From Candidatus Thorarchaeota archaeon (GTDB taxonomy: Archaea; Asgardarchaeota; Thorarchaeia; Thorarchaeales; Thorarchaeaceae), in contig JAWAQK010000001.1 in NCBI GenBank assembly GCA_038893995.1, positions 61,956 through 125,955 on the forward strand: a stretch of DNA of 64,000 nucleotides. The letters are read 5' to 3'. The notes beneath the pieces were generated by a model. That model searched no databases and had not been told where the DNA came from. It was given only the letters and a program-made list of their open reading frames with translations. This document shows positions 16,215-25,640 of this stretch, piece by piece. The translations under genes were made by a program, and so were the position numbers. How positions within the stretch are numbered: the stretch's first letter is position 1; each line of letters opens with the position of its first letter.

Positions 16215-17576
16215 TCAGGTCAGATAGGACTTCTCAGGAGGAGAATCGATGCACTTCAGACTACCTTCGGGCAGCCCCCTGGCTAGGTGCTCAGCAACAT
16301 CCTTGCTGAGGATGACCTCAACAAGAATCTGATCCTCGCCGAACTCCTCTCGCTCAATCCGAGCGACCTCATGAATCCACGACAACAACCTCATGCCCTC
16401 AGAGCCATATGGGAGGGTCACCACAAATCTCTGTTCGGAGGGAAGCATCGATATGATCTGATCGATCAGAAGATCGATGTTGTGACCAGTCTTCGCTGAC
16501 ACCGGTACCACTTCTCTCGAGAAATGGCTGAGCAGTTGTAATCGGTCGGGCACTAGGGCGGGGTCTATCATATCGATCTTGTTGAGTACGATTGCCAGGT
16601 TCGGTGTGAGGACTCCGATCGACTCGAGTGTTGAGAAACATGCCTCCGTCTTTCGGACCATCTCGTTCGAGGGCTCCGAACCATCAACAACGAGCAGGAC
16701 CACATCTGCAGTTCCGATCTCCCTCAGGGTCGTGTTGAATGCCTGAAGTAGGGAACGAGGGAGATCGCTCACAAAACCGACGGAGTCTGTGACCACAATG
16801 TTCCTTCCTGTGACACTCATCCTCGACGTCTTTGTCGACAGCGTGGTGAACATCTGGTCACTCACTTCAGCATCAGACTGTGTCAGAGCCCTATGCAATG
16901 TACTCTTGCCCGCGTTGGTATAGCCTGCGAGTGCTACCTCGTAGTATCCCTCACGGATCCGCTTCTTTCTCTTCAGATCCTCTGCATCCGAGATCGTTCT
17001 GAGCTTGTCTCTTATGATGGCGATACGCCTTCTGACCTCCATCATCCTGAGGTTGAGAATGTCTTCACCGGCACCTACCTGCTGCCCAACCGGACGAGCA
17101 CCTGTATGCTCCCTCTGCAGACGTTTCCGCAGCTGGTGACGGATGAAGGGCAGTTCATATCTCAGCCGGGCCTCCTCGATCTGAAGCTTCGCCTGGGGTG
17201 TCCTCGCGTGGAGATCAAAGATCTCGAGGATGACCTGACCCCTGTTCCGGACATCAGTCTTCCACGCTCTCATAAGACGATACATCTGGCTTGATGTGAG
17301 ATCCGGAGACACTAACACTACGTCCACCTCGTTGTTCCTGATGTACTCTCCAATCTCATCCACCTTACCAGCACCAATTCCGTACCTCGTCTGATGTCGG
17401 CCCACTATGTCAAACCGACCTACCACGTCGTACCCTGCTGTCGATGCAAGTGCCTCAAACTCAGCAAGTAGATTCTCCGAGGCAGGGTTCCTGCGCTGTA
17501 TGATGATGGCTCTCTGTCGTTCCACACGGAACGGACCCATGGATACTGTCTTAAGTAGTTCGGGCCGGGACACCAC
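16215..17576 (-). CDS. hflX: GTPase HflX
   Basis: ILEIF..HART.QAKLQ, GYTNAGKST, FTTL, DSVGF, NKID, SAK. Confidence 0.95.
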   Translation of the reverse strand: MVSRPELLKTVSMGPFRVERQRAIIIQRRNPASENLLAEFEALASTAGYDVVGRFDIVGRHQTRYGIGAGKVDEIGEYIRNNEVDVVLVSPDLTSSQMYRLMRAWKTDVRNRGQVILEIFDLHARTPQAKLQIEEARLRYELPFIRHQLRKRLQREHTGARPVGQQVGAGEDILNLRMMEVRRRIAIIRDKLRTISDAEDLKRKKRIREGYYEVALAGYTNAGKSTLHRALTQSDAEVSDQMFTTLSTKTSRMSVTGRNIVVTDSVGFVSDLPRSLLQAFNTTLREIGTADVVLLVVDGSEPSNEMVRKTEACFSTLESIGVLTPNLAIVLNKIDMIDPALVPDRLQLLSHFSREVVPVSAKTGHNIDLLIDQIISMLPSEQRFVVTLPYGSEGMRLLSWIHEVARIEREEFGEDQILVEVILSKDVAEHLARGLPEGSLKCIDSPPEKSYLT

Positions 17577-17641
17577 AGTTCACCGTGAGAGAATACTACT
17601 GAGATTCATGAGACCCCCAAGACCTGCAAGGGGATAGGAAG

Positions 17642-19699
17642 ATGGATGTCTTCGAGTTGAGGGACCGAGATGGTCTTGCCAGACTTGGCCGACTGATCAC
17701 AAGACACGGGACTGTGACAACACCTCTCCTGATGCCGGTGGTACATCCCGGGAAGTCGACCGTCACTGCACAGGAACTGCGAAGCGAGTTTGGATTCGAG
17801 ATGGTGATAGCCAACTCGTTCATAATCCGGTCTCGGCCGGAATATAGGGACGTCGCGCTCGAGAGAGGAATACATGCCCTGCTAGACTTCAACGGGCCGG
17901 TGATGACTGACTCAGGAACGTTCCAGATGTACTATCATTCGCTGCCTCGTGAGACTATCGACCCCATCGAGATCGTCAGATTTCAACGGAGCATCGGGAC
18001 GGACATTGGTACGATACTTGACGTGTTCTCAAGACCCGACGCAGGAAGAGAGAAGATCGAGGAGGACGTCAGGACATCAGTTGAGAGGGCGAGGAGGTCG
18101 GTTGGGGAAAAGGGAGACATGCTCCTGGCAGGAACAGTGCAGGGAGGGGCCTACACTGACCTGAGAGAGGCATGCGCACGAGAGCTCGCCTCAATGGACT
18201 TTGATCTACACCCAATCGGCGGGGCAGTACCACTCATGGAGAGTTACCGGTATTCAGACATTGTCAGGGTCGTCCTTGCCGCAAAGAGGAATCTCCCAGC
18301 TAACCGGCCCGTACATCTGTTTGGGTGTGGACACCCGATGTTCCTGGCTCTCGCAGTGGCCCTGGGATGCGATCTGTTTGACTCGGCGTCATATGCTAAG
18401 TTTGCAGAGGACGGAAGACTACTCCTACCAAGTGGTACTGTGCATCTGGACGACCTGAATGAGATGCCCTGCGAATGCAAGATATGCTCAAGCACGACAC
18501 CTGAGGAGATCAGACGACTGGAGAGGGACCAGCGCGAAGACATGATCACTCGACACAACCTCTACGTCATGGCCGCCGAGATGAGGAGAGTACGGCAGGC
18601 GGTCCGAGAAGAGAAGATACTCGAGCTTGCAGCGCTCAGGGCGAGGTCGCATCCTCGGCTAATCGAGGCGCTGATGCAGCTGCTCAACCACGCAGACCAG
18701 ATCGAGGCTGAGGACCCCGTGGGGAAGACTGCATCGGTGTTCTACACAGGACCTGAGACCGCCCTTCATCCCTCACTGTACCGCTTTCACAAGAGGGTAC
18801 TCGAGAGGTATCCGTATCTCGAAACGGACACCTTGCTCCTAGTCCCAGACATGGGGTACGTTCCATTCTCAGAGTCCAATCCGACAATCGAAAGTCTGGC
18901 CGGCACTCACACCCCCGAGGAGCTCATCGTGGTGTATGTGACTCCCATTGGTGTTGTCCCGTGGGAGTACGGACAGGTCTATCCGGCCCAGCAGTGCGTC
19001 TTCGGGAGGATGCTAGATACAGATACCCTTGATACGGTGGCCAGGAGAACAAGTCAGTTTGTTGATACTGTGACCTGCCGCCGTGTCGTGTGGGTTCAGA
19101 GAGAGCATGTAGTTGACTCGGTGCGTCAGAGGATGAAATGGTCTGTCGAGCCAGATACGATCAGTCCATCGGACCTGTCGAAAGATCTGGTACCGGAGGC
19201 AGAGGGTCGTGAGAAACTTGCCGTGGAGCGAACTCTGAAGGCCCTGTTTCGATACCAATGGGGGGTCGATATCACGCGGGCAATTCCCATAGAGCAGATG
19301 AGGTGCGAATTCTCGAGGCGCACAGGCAAGATGAGACATCTGTTCCACGGGGAAGAATTGCTCTTCACGATTGTCCCCACCACAGGTCTCATGACGCCAA
19401 CTGTTCGAGGTGCGCAGGTGCTCCTCGATGCAGGCATCGGCGACGATTACCGAGTTGTAGTATCTGACGAGGCAGCACCCTTCATCCGACAGGGAAAGTC
19501 AGTGATTGCCAAGTTCGTCATGAGGGCCGGTACTGACCTGAGGCCTGGCGAGGAGGTGCTGATCCTCGATCAGGACGGAAATCTGCTTGGAACCGGACCT
19601 GCACTGTTGAGTGGCCGAGAGATGTTGACGTTCAAGAGGGGAGTGGCTGTAAATACTAGGCACCAGCAGAGGCAGCAGCCTGCGATGAGTGACGCGTAA
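17642..19699 (+). CDS. tgtA: Archaeosine tRNA-guanine(15) transglycosylase with C-terminal PUA domain
   Basis: MTDSGTFQ, VHLFGCGHP, GCDLFDSASY, Zn C.C..C...H, PUA C-terminus. Confidence 0.95.
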   Translation: MDVFELRDRDGLARLGRLITRHGTVTTPLLMPVVHPGKSTVTAQELRSEFGFEMVIANSFIIRSRPEYRDVALERGIHALLDFNGPVMTDSGTFQMYYHSLPRETIDPIEIVRFQRSIGTDIGTILDVFSRPDAGREKIEEDVRTSVERARRSVGEKGDMLLAGTVQGGAYTDLREACARELASMDFDLHPIGGAVPLMESYRYSDIVRVVLAAKRNLPANRPVHLFGCGHPMFLALAVALGCDLFDSASYAKFAEDGRLLLPSGTVHLDDLNEMPCECKICSSTTPEEIRRLERDQREDMITRHNLYVMAAEMRRVRQAVREEKILELAALRARSHPRLIEALMQLLNHADQIEAEDPVGKTASVFYTGPETALHPSLYRFHKRVLERYPYLETDTLLLVPDMGYVPFSESNPTIESLAGTHTPEELIVVYVTPIGVVPWEYGQVYPAQQCVFGRMLDTDTLDTVARRTSQFVDTVTCRRVVWVQREHVVDSVRQRMKWSVEPDTISPSDLSKDLVPEAEGREKLAVERTLKALFRYQWGVDITRAIPIEQMRCEFSRRTGKMRHLFHGEELLFTIVPTTGLMTPTVRGAQVLLDAGIGDDYRVVVSDEAAPFIRQGKSVIAKFVMRAGTDLRPGEEVLILDQDGNLLGTGPALLSGREMLTFKRGVAVNTRHQQRQQPAMSDA

Positions 19700-20816
19700 G
19701 TGGGTGGCCCCGAACTCTCTTCAGGGCCTCAACACCGCCCGTAGGAAGCACCATCACGTTCGAGGGTGAAACAAACAAGTGAAGGGTGTCTCCGGCATTG
19801 ACTGTACTATGAGGAGGCAACAGGGCCTGAGCACTCACATCACCGACATTGAAGTAGACCTCAAGTGAGTTGCCAACAAAGATCGTTCGACTGACTGTGC
19901 CGATAATCTCGTTGTCCTCAGGACTCTGACGAGACATCGACATGGCCTCGGGTCGGATTGCACAGATCGCCGACTCGCCTATCTCGAATGGATAACCGGT
20001 GACTGTCGATCTCCCCCGGACCTCCTGTCTGGCTGAGAGTTGAACAACAGTCCAGTCACCGATCGAAGATATGGAGCCTCTCAGTAGCGTGCATTTTCCT
20101 ATGAAGTCGGCCACAAACACAGTCTGCGGATTCAGGTATATCTGCCGAGGCGTGTCAAACTGCTGCACATATCCACGGTCCATCACAGCAACTCGGTCAG
20201 AGATGCTGAGCGCCTCGTGCTGATCGTGAGTCACGTAGACGGTGGTGATAGACAGTTCCTTCTGGATACGCACTATCTCCTCTCGCATGTCACTACGCAG
20301 CTTGGCATCGAGATTTGAGAGCGGTTCGTCGAGTAGAAGGACTGCGGGCTCTATCACAAGTGCGCGGGCCAGTGCGACCCTCTGTTGTTGACCACCAGAT
20401 AGTTGGTGAATATGTCGATTCTCAAGACCCTCGAGCCGGACTAGGGCGAGCGTCTGGGAAACACGTCTGTGGATGGCACTGGCGGTATACTTCATTCCAT
20501 TGATGCGCTTCAACTTGAGACCATATGCTACGTTTTCGAACACAGACATGTGTGGCCAGAGGGCATAGTTCTGGAAGCACATGCCCGTGTTTCGTTTGTG
20601 AGGGGGTAGCTCAGTCACATCACGGTCGTCAAAGTAGATCTTACCGGAATCAGGGCGATAGAATCCTGCGATAAGCCGAAGTAGCGTGGTCTTGCCACAT
20701 CCAGATGGACCAAGCAAGGTCGATAGTTCGCCCTCCCTGAGGACGAGATTGACCTCATCAGTGGCGACCACGTTGCCGAATGTCTTTCGGAGATTCTCCA
20801 GACGTATCTCAACCAT
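19656..20816 (-). CDS. ABC transporter ATP-binding subunit (FbpC/PotA-like, TOBE)
   Basis: GPSGCGKT, LSGGQQQR, LLLDEP, VTHDQ. Confidence 0.95.
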   Translation of the reverse strand: MVEIRLENLRKTFGNVVATDEVNLVLREGELSTLLGPSGCGKTTLLRLIAGFYRPDSGKIYFDDRDVTELPPHKRNTGMCFQNYALWPHMSVFENVAYGLKLKRINGMKYTASAIHRRVSQTLALVRLEGLENRHIHQLSGGQQQRVALARALVIEPAVLLLDEPLSNLDAKLRSDMREEIVRIQKELSITTVYVTHDQHEALSISDRVAVMDRGYVQQFDTPRQIYLNPQTVFVADFIGKCTLLRGSISSIGDWTVVQLSARQEVRGRSTVTGYPFEIGESAICAIRPEAMSMSRQSPEDNEIIGTVSRTIFVGNSLEVYFNVGDVSAQALLPPHSTVNAGDTLHLFVSPSNVMVLPTGGVEALKRVRGHPLTRHSSQAAASAGA

Positions 20817-20825
20817 AGTGACACC

Positions 20826-22931
20826 TCATATACCCGTCATTGCAGATGTCCTAGTACCCAGTATCTTGGTGGTCACTGCGATTACTGCCATCTGCATGGA
20901 CATCATGAGCGTTCCTAGGCACGCCGCATTAAACGGACCACCATAACGTCCTGTGGCATACAGGATCTCTCTGGTCCAGAACGTCATTGGGGCAAACTCG
21001 TGTCCGAGACTGCCCAGAATCAGGCTAGTACTTACTTCACTGACTGAGTACACGAACGACAGCAACGCACCTGCCAAGACATTGACCCCTATCAGGGGGA
21101 GTGTTATCCGAAGGAATGTCTGACTCTTGCTTACTCCGACACTCTGTGACGCTTCCTCGAGTGAGACAGGCGTAGAACGTAGACCCGCATATGCAGCCCG
21201 GACCGTGAATGGAAACTTCCTCACTGTGTAGGACCACACGAGCAGAAAGGCAGGACCGGGCCAGCCCTGTGCGGGAAAGAACGGGGTATTATAGAAGAGT
21301 GTGAAGTAGCCAGTTGCAATGACGATCCCGGGCAGTGCGACTGGGGATGTGACAAGCAGATCAAGAATGGTCCGACCAGGAATGTCTTTTCGGACTATGA
21401 TGTAGGCGGCCCCGGTGCCCAGTAATGATATCATTGCTGTTGCAATGAGACCATACAACAGAGTTAGCAGTATAGAGTTCCTGACGTCCGGATAGGCCCA
21501 AAGCACAGAATAGTTGTCTAGGGTCCAAGCATCGGGGAGCACGGCATTAGTGGACCAATAGCTCGTCAGAGACAGGACTATGACGCTCATCTGAGGGATC
21601 AACGCGAGAAACAGCAACGGGATGAGCACTGCGTAGAGAATGATGGTCGATCTACGAGAGAGCCTTCGGACTCGAGGATTCCACTGACCCCCCTTGGTGC
21701 CAGACTCGTAGGACCTCAACGAGGCGTATCGTCGGATGGCTATAAAACCTGCAAGTGCAAAGGTGAGCAGGATGACACCGATGGCGGGTCCCACGGGGTT
21801 GATCGTGCCCGCCTGGGTCGCGATGCTGCTGAACACCTGAAACGACAGAGTCTTTTGCGCCTGTAGGTTCTCGTAGTACACTATCGGTCCGCCGAGGTCT
21901 TCCAGGCTGATGATAAAGGTGAGAATTGCACCAGCCTGAATGCCAGGCATGGCCAGCGGGAGGGTGACCGAACGAAATAGCTTGAAGCCAGTTGCCCCGA
22001 GATTCTCTGCCTGTTCCTCTAGTGAGGGGTCGATGCTCATGAAGGATGAATATGCATTGAGATAGACTAGAGCAAAGAGCGACAGCGACTGAACGAAGAT
22101 TATGGCGGCGAGACCCTGCAGCTGTATCCTGGGGGGAGTCTCGATTGCGAGCCAGGGAAGGGTCGTCTGTAGCCAGGAAACAATGGCTCTTGCCGCGTTA
22201 TTGAAGAAGCCATGTGTACCCATGAAGTACTTTACACCTATAGCACCTACGAAGGGAGTGGCCAGGATTGGGAATATCAAAACAGTGCGGAGTACTCTCT
22301 TGCCGGGGAAATCGTAACGAGCCATGACGAACGCGAGGAAAACACCAATGATGACAGCGAAGAATGTCACGAATGTGGCGACATATAGTGAGTTGAGTAT
22401 GGCACCAAGGTCCCAGCCTCGAATGACAATCGTTTCCGGTCCTACCACGATCGTTTCCAGATTAATATAGAACACCCAGCCTGAGTTGGGATCATACTGA
22501 AAGGGCCAGATATTGGAGTTCTGGAAAAGAGACTGAAAATGTATCAACGATGGCAGTCCTGTACTCTGGTCAGTGAAAGAGAATCGGATGACATCAGCAA
22601 GCGGCAGCACGAGGAACAGACCAAATGCAATGAGTACAGCTGCAAGCTGAACAGTAGACAACATGTCTAGTTCTGCCCGGAGCTTGACAAACATTCCACG
22701 AATTGCTGCAGCAGGGTTTCTTGAGCGCCACGCCACCATCTTTGCCCAGTCCCGTGGCCTTGAAACCAGCGATGAGTATGCACGCAGCATCCTCCGCTTG
22801 ACAAGGGAGGGGAGTGCGCCCACGGCCTCTCTGACCCTGCCAGGGATGCTGTCTGGGACCAGTTCCGTTTCCTCAGGCTGGTGTCCCGTCCTTTGGTCTG
22901 TCGTTCCCGACACACTCCTGATAGAGGTCAC
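20826..22931 (-). CDS. ABC transporter permease, duplicated BPD_transp_1 (Fe3+/thiamine-type)
   Basis: Two EAA loops (LEEQAENLGA, LEEASQSVG), many TMs; GTG 22931 overlaps SBP stop (GTGA). Confidence 0.92.
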   Translation of the reverse strand: MTSIRSVSGTTDQRTGHQPEETELVPDSIPGRVREAVGALPSLVKRRMLRAYSSLVSRPRDWAKMVAWRSRNPAAAIRGMFVKLRAELDMLSTVQLAAVLIAFGLFLVLPLADVIRFSFTDQSTGLPSLIHFQSLFQNSNIWPFQYDPNSGWVFYINLETIVVGPETIVIRGWDLGAILNSLYVATFVTFFAVIIGVFLAFVMARYDFPGKRVLRTVLIFPILATPFVGAIGVKYFMGTHGFFNNAARAIVSWLQTTLPWLAIETPPRIQLQGLAAIIFVQSLSLFALVYLNAYSSFMSIDPSLEEQAENLGATGFKLFRSVTLPLAMPGIQAGAILTFIISLEDLGGPIVYYENLQAQKTLSFQVFSSIATQAGTINPVGPAIGVILLTFALAGFIAIRRYASLRSYESGTKGGQWNPRVRRLSRRSTIILYAVLIPLLFLALIPQMSVIVLSLTSYWSTNAVLPDAWTLDNYSVLWAYPDVRNSILLTLLYGLIATAMISLLGTGAAYIIVRKDIPGRTILDLLVTSPVALPGIVIATGYFTLFYNTPFFPAQGWPGPAFLLVWSYTVRKFPFTVRAAYAGLRSTPVSLEEASQSVGVSKSQTFLRITLPLIGVNVLAGALLSFVYSVSEVSTSLILGSLGHEFAPMTFWTREILYATGRYGGPFNAACLGTLMMSMQMAVIAVTTKILGTRTSAMTGI

Positions 22932-24358
22932 TGAAACAAGGCTTGAACGAGACTCATCACATACTGATACTGGTTCTTTGCGGCAGTCGTCCACCGGCTT
23001 GCAACTATTGAGGCATAGGATGCATCGTATATCATGTCATGGTTTATTGACCGGGCATACTCCACGGTGAACTTCTCGTCCTTCAAGGTCTTCGGGTCTT
23101 GAATCGTGACCGGGGATCCCATCAGGCCAGCGTAGTAGTCGACATCGATCAGCGAGATACGACCTTCGAAGTAGGCACTCAATATTGCGGTCCAGCAATT
23201 CACGAGCTCAGTGTGAGCATGAGTGAACACAGACTGGAAGTACCTAATGAACGCGGAATTGGTCTCGACTGACAGGGTGTCATTGAATTCGATCCCATGT
23301 GTCGCTACAGTCCTGTTATAGGCTGCATAGAGGTCCTGCGCTTCGCTGGCCTCGGGCTCGAGGAATGCCTCCCTGAGAATGGGCATTCTCCGGATGCTCT
23401 CGTCAAGCCACAGGACTTGGCCACGAGGCGACAGTACAAAGTCGATGAAGCCTTCTGCCAGTTCCATCTTTGAGGTCGTAGCGGCTATTGCTATGGGGTC
23501 TGCATTGACAATGGTCTGACCCTCAGGGACTATGTACTCACAATCGGGATTCCTGTACTGCGTCTGGTAACCATAGAAGTCTATTGACATCGCTATGCCT
23601 ACCTGTCCAGTCTCGGCAGCACTCTGAGTTTCGACCGAGCCTCCGTAGATGTTTGCGCTACCCGCCATCCTCGCCAATGTGATCCATCCAGCATCCCAAC
23701 CAAGGGCCTGAGTGATGATCTCGTAGATGCGTGTGTTCGAGGTCGTGTCTGGAGCATTACCCATTGCTATGGTTGCCTGTGAAGGTAGGAGCTTCCCGTA
23801 AGTCACATTGGCGAGATCTGTCCATGTATGGGGAGTGGGAAGACCATACTCGTCGAGAAACGCATGATTCACAGTAAAGCCGAAAGAAGATATTGCAGCG
23901 CCAATCCACACGGTCTCGCCTGCCGTATTGTTTCGCTTCATTACTGAACCGGCGATTGTATTGTTTACGCGGGCTGCGACTTCAAGCATGAGAGGGCTTG
24001 TCAGGGGGGCAAGCCTTCCATCACGTGCCAATTGATCGAAGAGAGTCGGACCGCCGCCCCAGCATACATCAACCTGTCCGGTGTCGATCAGATCATCCCA
24101 GAATTCCTGAGAGGGGGTCCTCCAGATAATATCTACAAGCCCGTGAGATCGTGCAAACTCTGTCTGCAAGAACGCTGGTTCAAACACATTCTGAATTGAA
24201 GTGTCATGCCGCGTCAGGATAGTCAGAGTCGTGGTTTGAGTAGTGTCTTCAGCCAGAGGTCCACTGAGTATCACGAGGCCGACTGCAGAAGACACGACAA
24301 CCAGTGCCGCAATGGCTGCAACAAGCTTCGTCTTTGAGGCTGTTTCAAACTCAGACAC
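22928..24358 (-). CDS. ABC transporter substrate-binding protein
   Basis: N-terminal anchor, LTILTRHD, DVCWGGG, S.SNTRIYEII, NADPIAI. Confidence 0.9.
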   Translation of the reverse strand: MSEFETASKTKLVAAIAALVVVSSAVGLVILSGPLAEDTTQTTTLTILTRHDTSIQNVFEPAFLQTEFARSHGLVDIIWRTPSQEFWDDLIDTGQVDVCWGGGPTLFDQLARDGRLAPLTSPLMLEVAARVNNTIAGSVMKRNNTAGETVWIGAAISSFGFTVNHAFLDEYGLPTPHTWTDLANVTYGKLLPSQATIAMGNAPDTTSNTRIYEIITQALGWDAGWITLARMAGSANIYGGSVETQSAAETGQVGIAMSIDFYGYQTQYRNPDCEYIVPEGQTIVNADPIAIAATTSKMELAEGFIDFVLSPRGQVLWLDESIRRMPILREAFLEPEASEAQDLYAAYNRTVATHGIEFNDTLSVETNSAFIRYFQSVFTHAHTELVNCWTAILSAYFEGRISLIDVDYYAGLMGSPVTIQDPKTLKDEKFTVEYARSINHDMIYDASYASIVASRWTTAAKNQYQYVMSLVQALFQ

Positions 24359-24515
24359 CTGTACACACACCTCTCTAGGCCATGGGATGATGGAGTCATG
24401 TACCTCTGCTCGTAGTCGGAATAATAAACCTTTCACAATCGAGCTATAAAGGTTAAATCCAAGCGTTTGATTCGGAAACTACCCAACGAGCCCGGTGCTC
24501 GAGGAGAGAGACTCC

Positions 24516-25571
24516 ATGAATCAGACGAGAGTGAAGAGCATCCTCGCAATGACCATGATATTGATCATGGTCGCTTCCATATTCTATAGCTACTCGATAC
24601 CGGCCACAGCAAGTGACGTCACACCCGGCTACCGTGGGAAGATACTCATCGACTATTCACACGGACAGTTCAAGGAAACGGCTCAGTACCTTGACAATCT
24701 TCTTGCGGCTAACCTTACTGAGATGGGCTTTGAGGTGGTCTTCCTGCGGGGAGGAATTAACAGCACAGTGTTGTCAGACGCAACAGGGCTGATAGTCAGT
24801 GGTATATACGAACCGACAAACGCCATCTTGCCCGCTGAGGTCGAGGCGATAGCAGCATGGTTCAACGCGGGACACAAGTTCCTGTGGGTCGGTTATGACT
24901 CAGACTATCCCACCACAACAACAGGCCAGTGGATCCTGGACAACATGACTGCGATACTTGAGGCAGTGGGCTCTCACGTCTACGGAGAACCAACTGCGGT
25001 ACAGGACCCAGTACTGAACGCCGGAGCAGCATACAGACCAATCGCCAATGGCACAAGTAACGATCCGGTCGTCGCATCATGTGTGGCAAACGTGGGTCGA
25101 GTCCTAGTTCACAGCCCGACCATCCTCTATGGCAGCAACAGTCCGACTCCAGGTGAGAACGTCAGTCCAGTGGCGCTTGAGGAGGTACAGATTGAGAATG
25201 TATACCCAATCCTGTATCACAGCAAGAACGCCACTATAGTCGACAGCGATACCCTGTATCCCTATGCCCACCAGGATGGCCAGAGAGGCGCATTTGTGTC
25301 AATGACCCTGGAGCTGAAGGCAGGTGCAGCCAAGAACGGCGCCATCGTTGTCTCCGGTGCCAACCCCATCGGCTACTACTGGCCAATGACCGCTGACTTC
25401 TATTATGGACAACTGAGGCTGACAGGTTTCAACTTGGTACTCCAGACAATTGACTTTGGCATTACCGAGGCGCTGAAGGTTCAGTTTGACTGGACAACAA
25501 TCATCGTAATTGGCGGGGTAGTCGCACTCGTTGTGATCGTTGCAGCTGTAGCGATCAAGCTCAAGAAGTAG
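24516..25571 (+). CDS. Secreted, C-terminally anchored DUF4350/class I GATase-like protein
   Basis: Signal peptide, ILIDYSHGQ, LWVGYDSDY, C-terminal TM plus KLKK. Confidence 0.7.
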   Translation: MNQTRVKSILAMTMILIMVASIFYSYSIPATASDVTPGYRGKILIDYSHGQFKETAQYLDNLLAANLTEMGFEVVFLRGGINSTVLSDATGLIVSGIYEPTNAILPAEVEAIAAWFNAGHKFLWVGYDSDYPTTTTGQWILDNMTAILEAVGSHVYGEPTAVQDPVLNAGAAYRPIANGTSNDPVVASCVANVGRVLVHSPTILYGSNSPTPGENVSPVALEEVQIENVYPILYHSKNATIVDSDTLYPYAHQDGQRGAFVSMTLELKAGAAKNGAIVVSGANPIGYYWPMTADFYYGQLRLTGFNLVLQTIDFGITEALKVQFDWTTIIVIGGVVALVVIVAAVAIKLKK

Positions 25572-25580
25572 AAGAGAATC

Positions 25581-25614
25581 GCCCGGCAACGGCCGGGCCT
25601 CATTTTTCTTTCTT
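25581..25614 (+). terminator. GC hairpin followed by T-rich tract
   Basis: GCCCGGC-AACG-GCCGGGC then CTCATTTTTCTTTCTT, 10 nt after the stop. Confidence 0.6.
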
Positions 25615-25640
25615 GGTCCCATAGGAGAACGAGAATACTT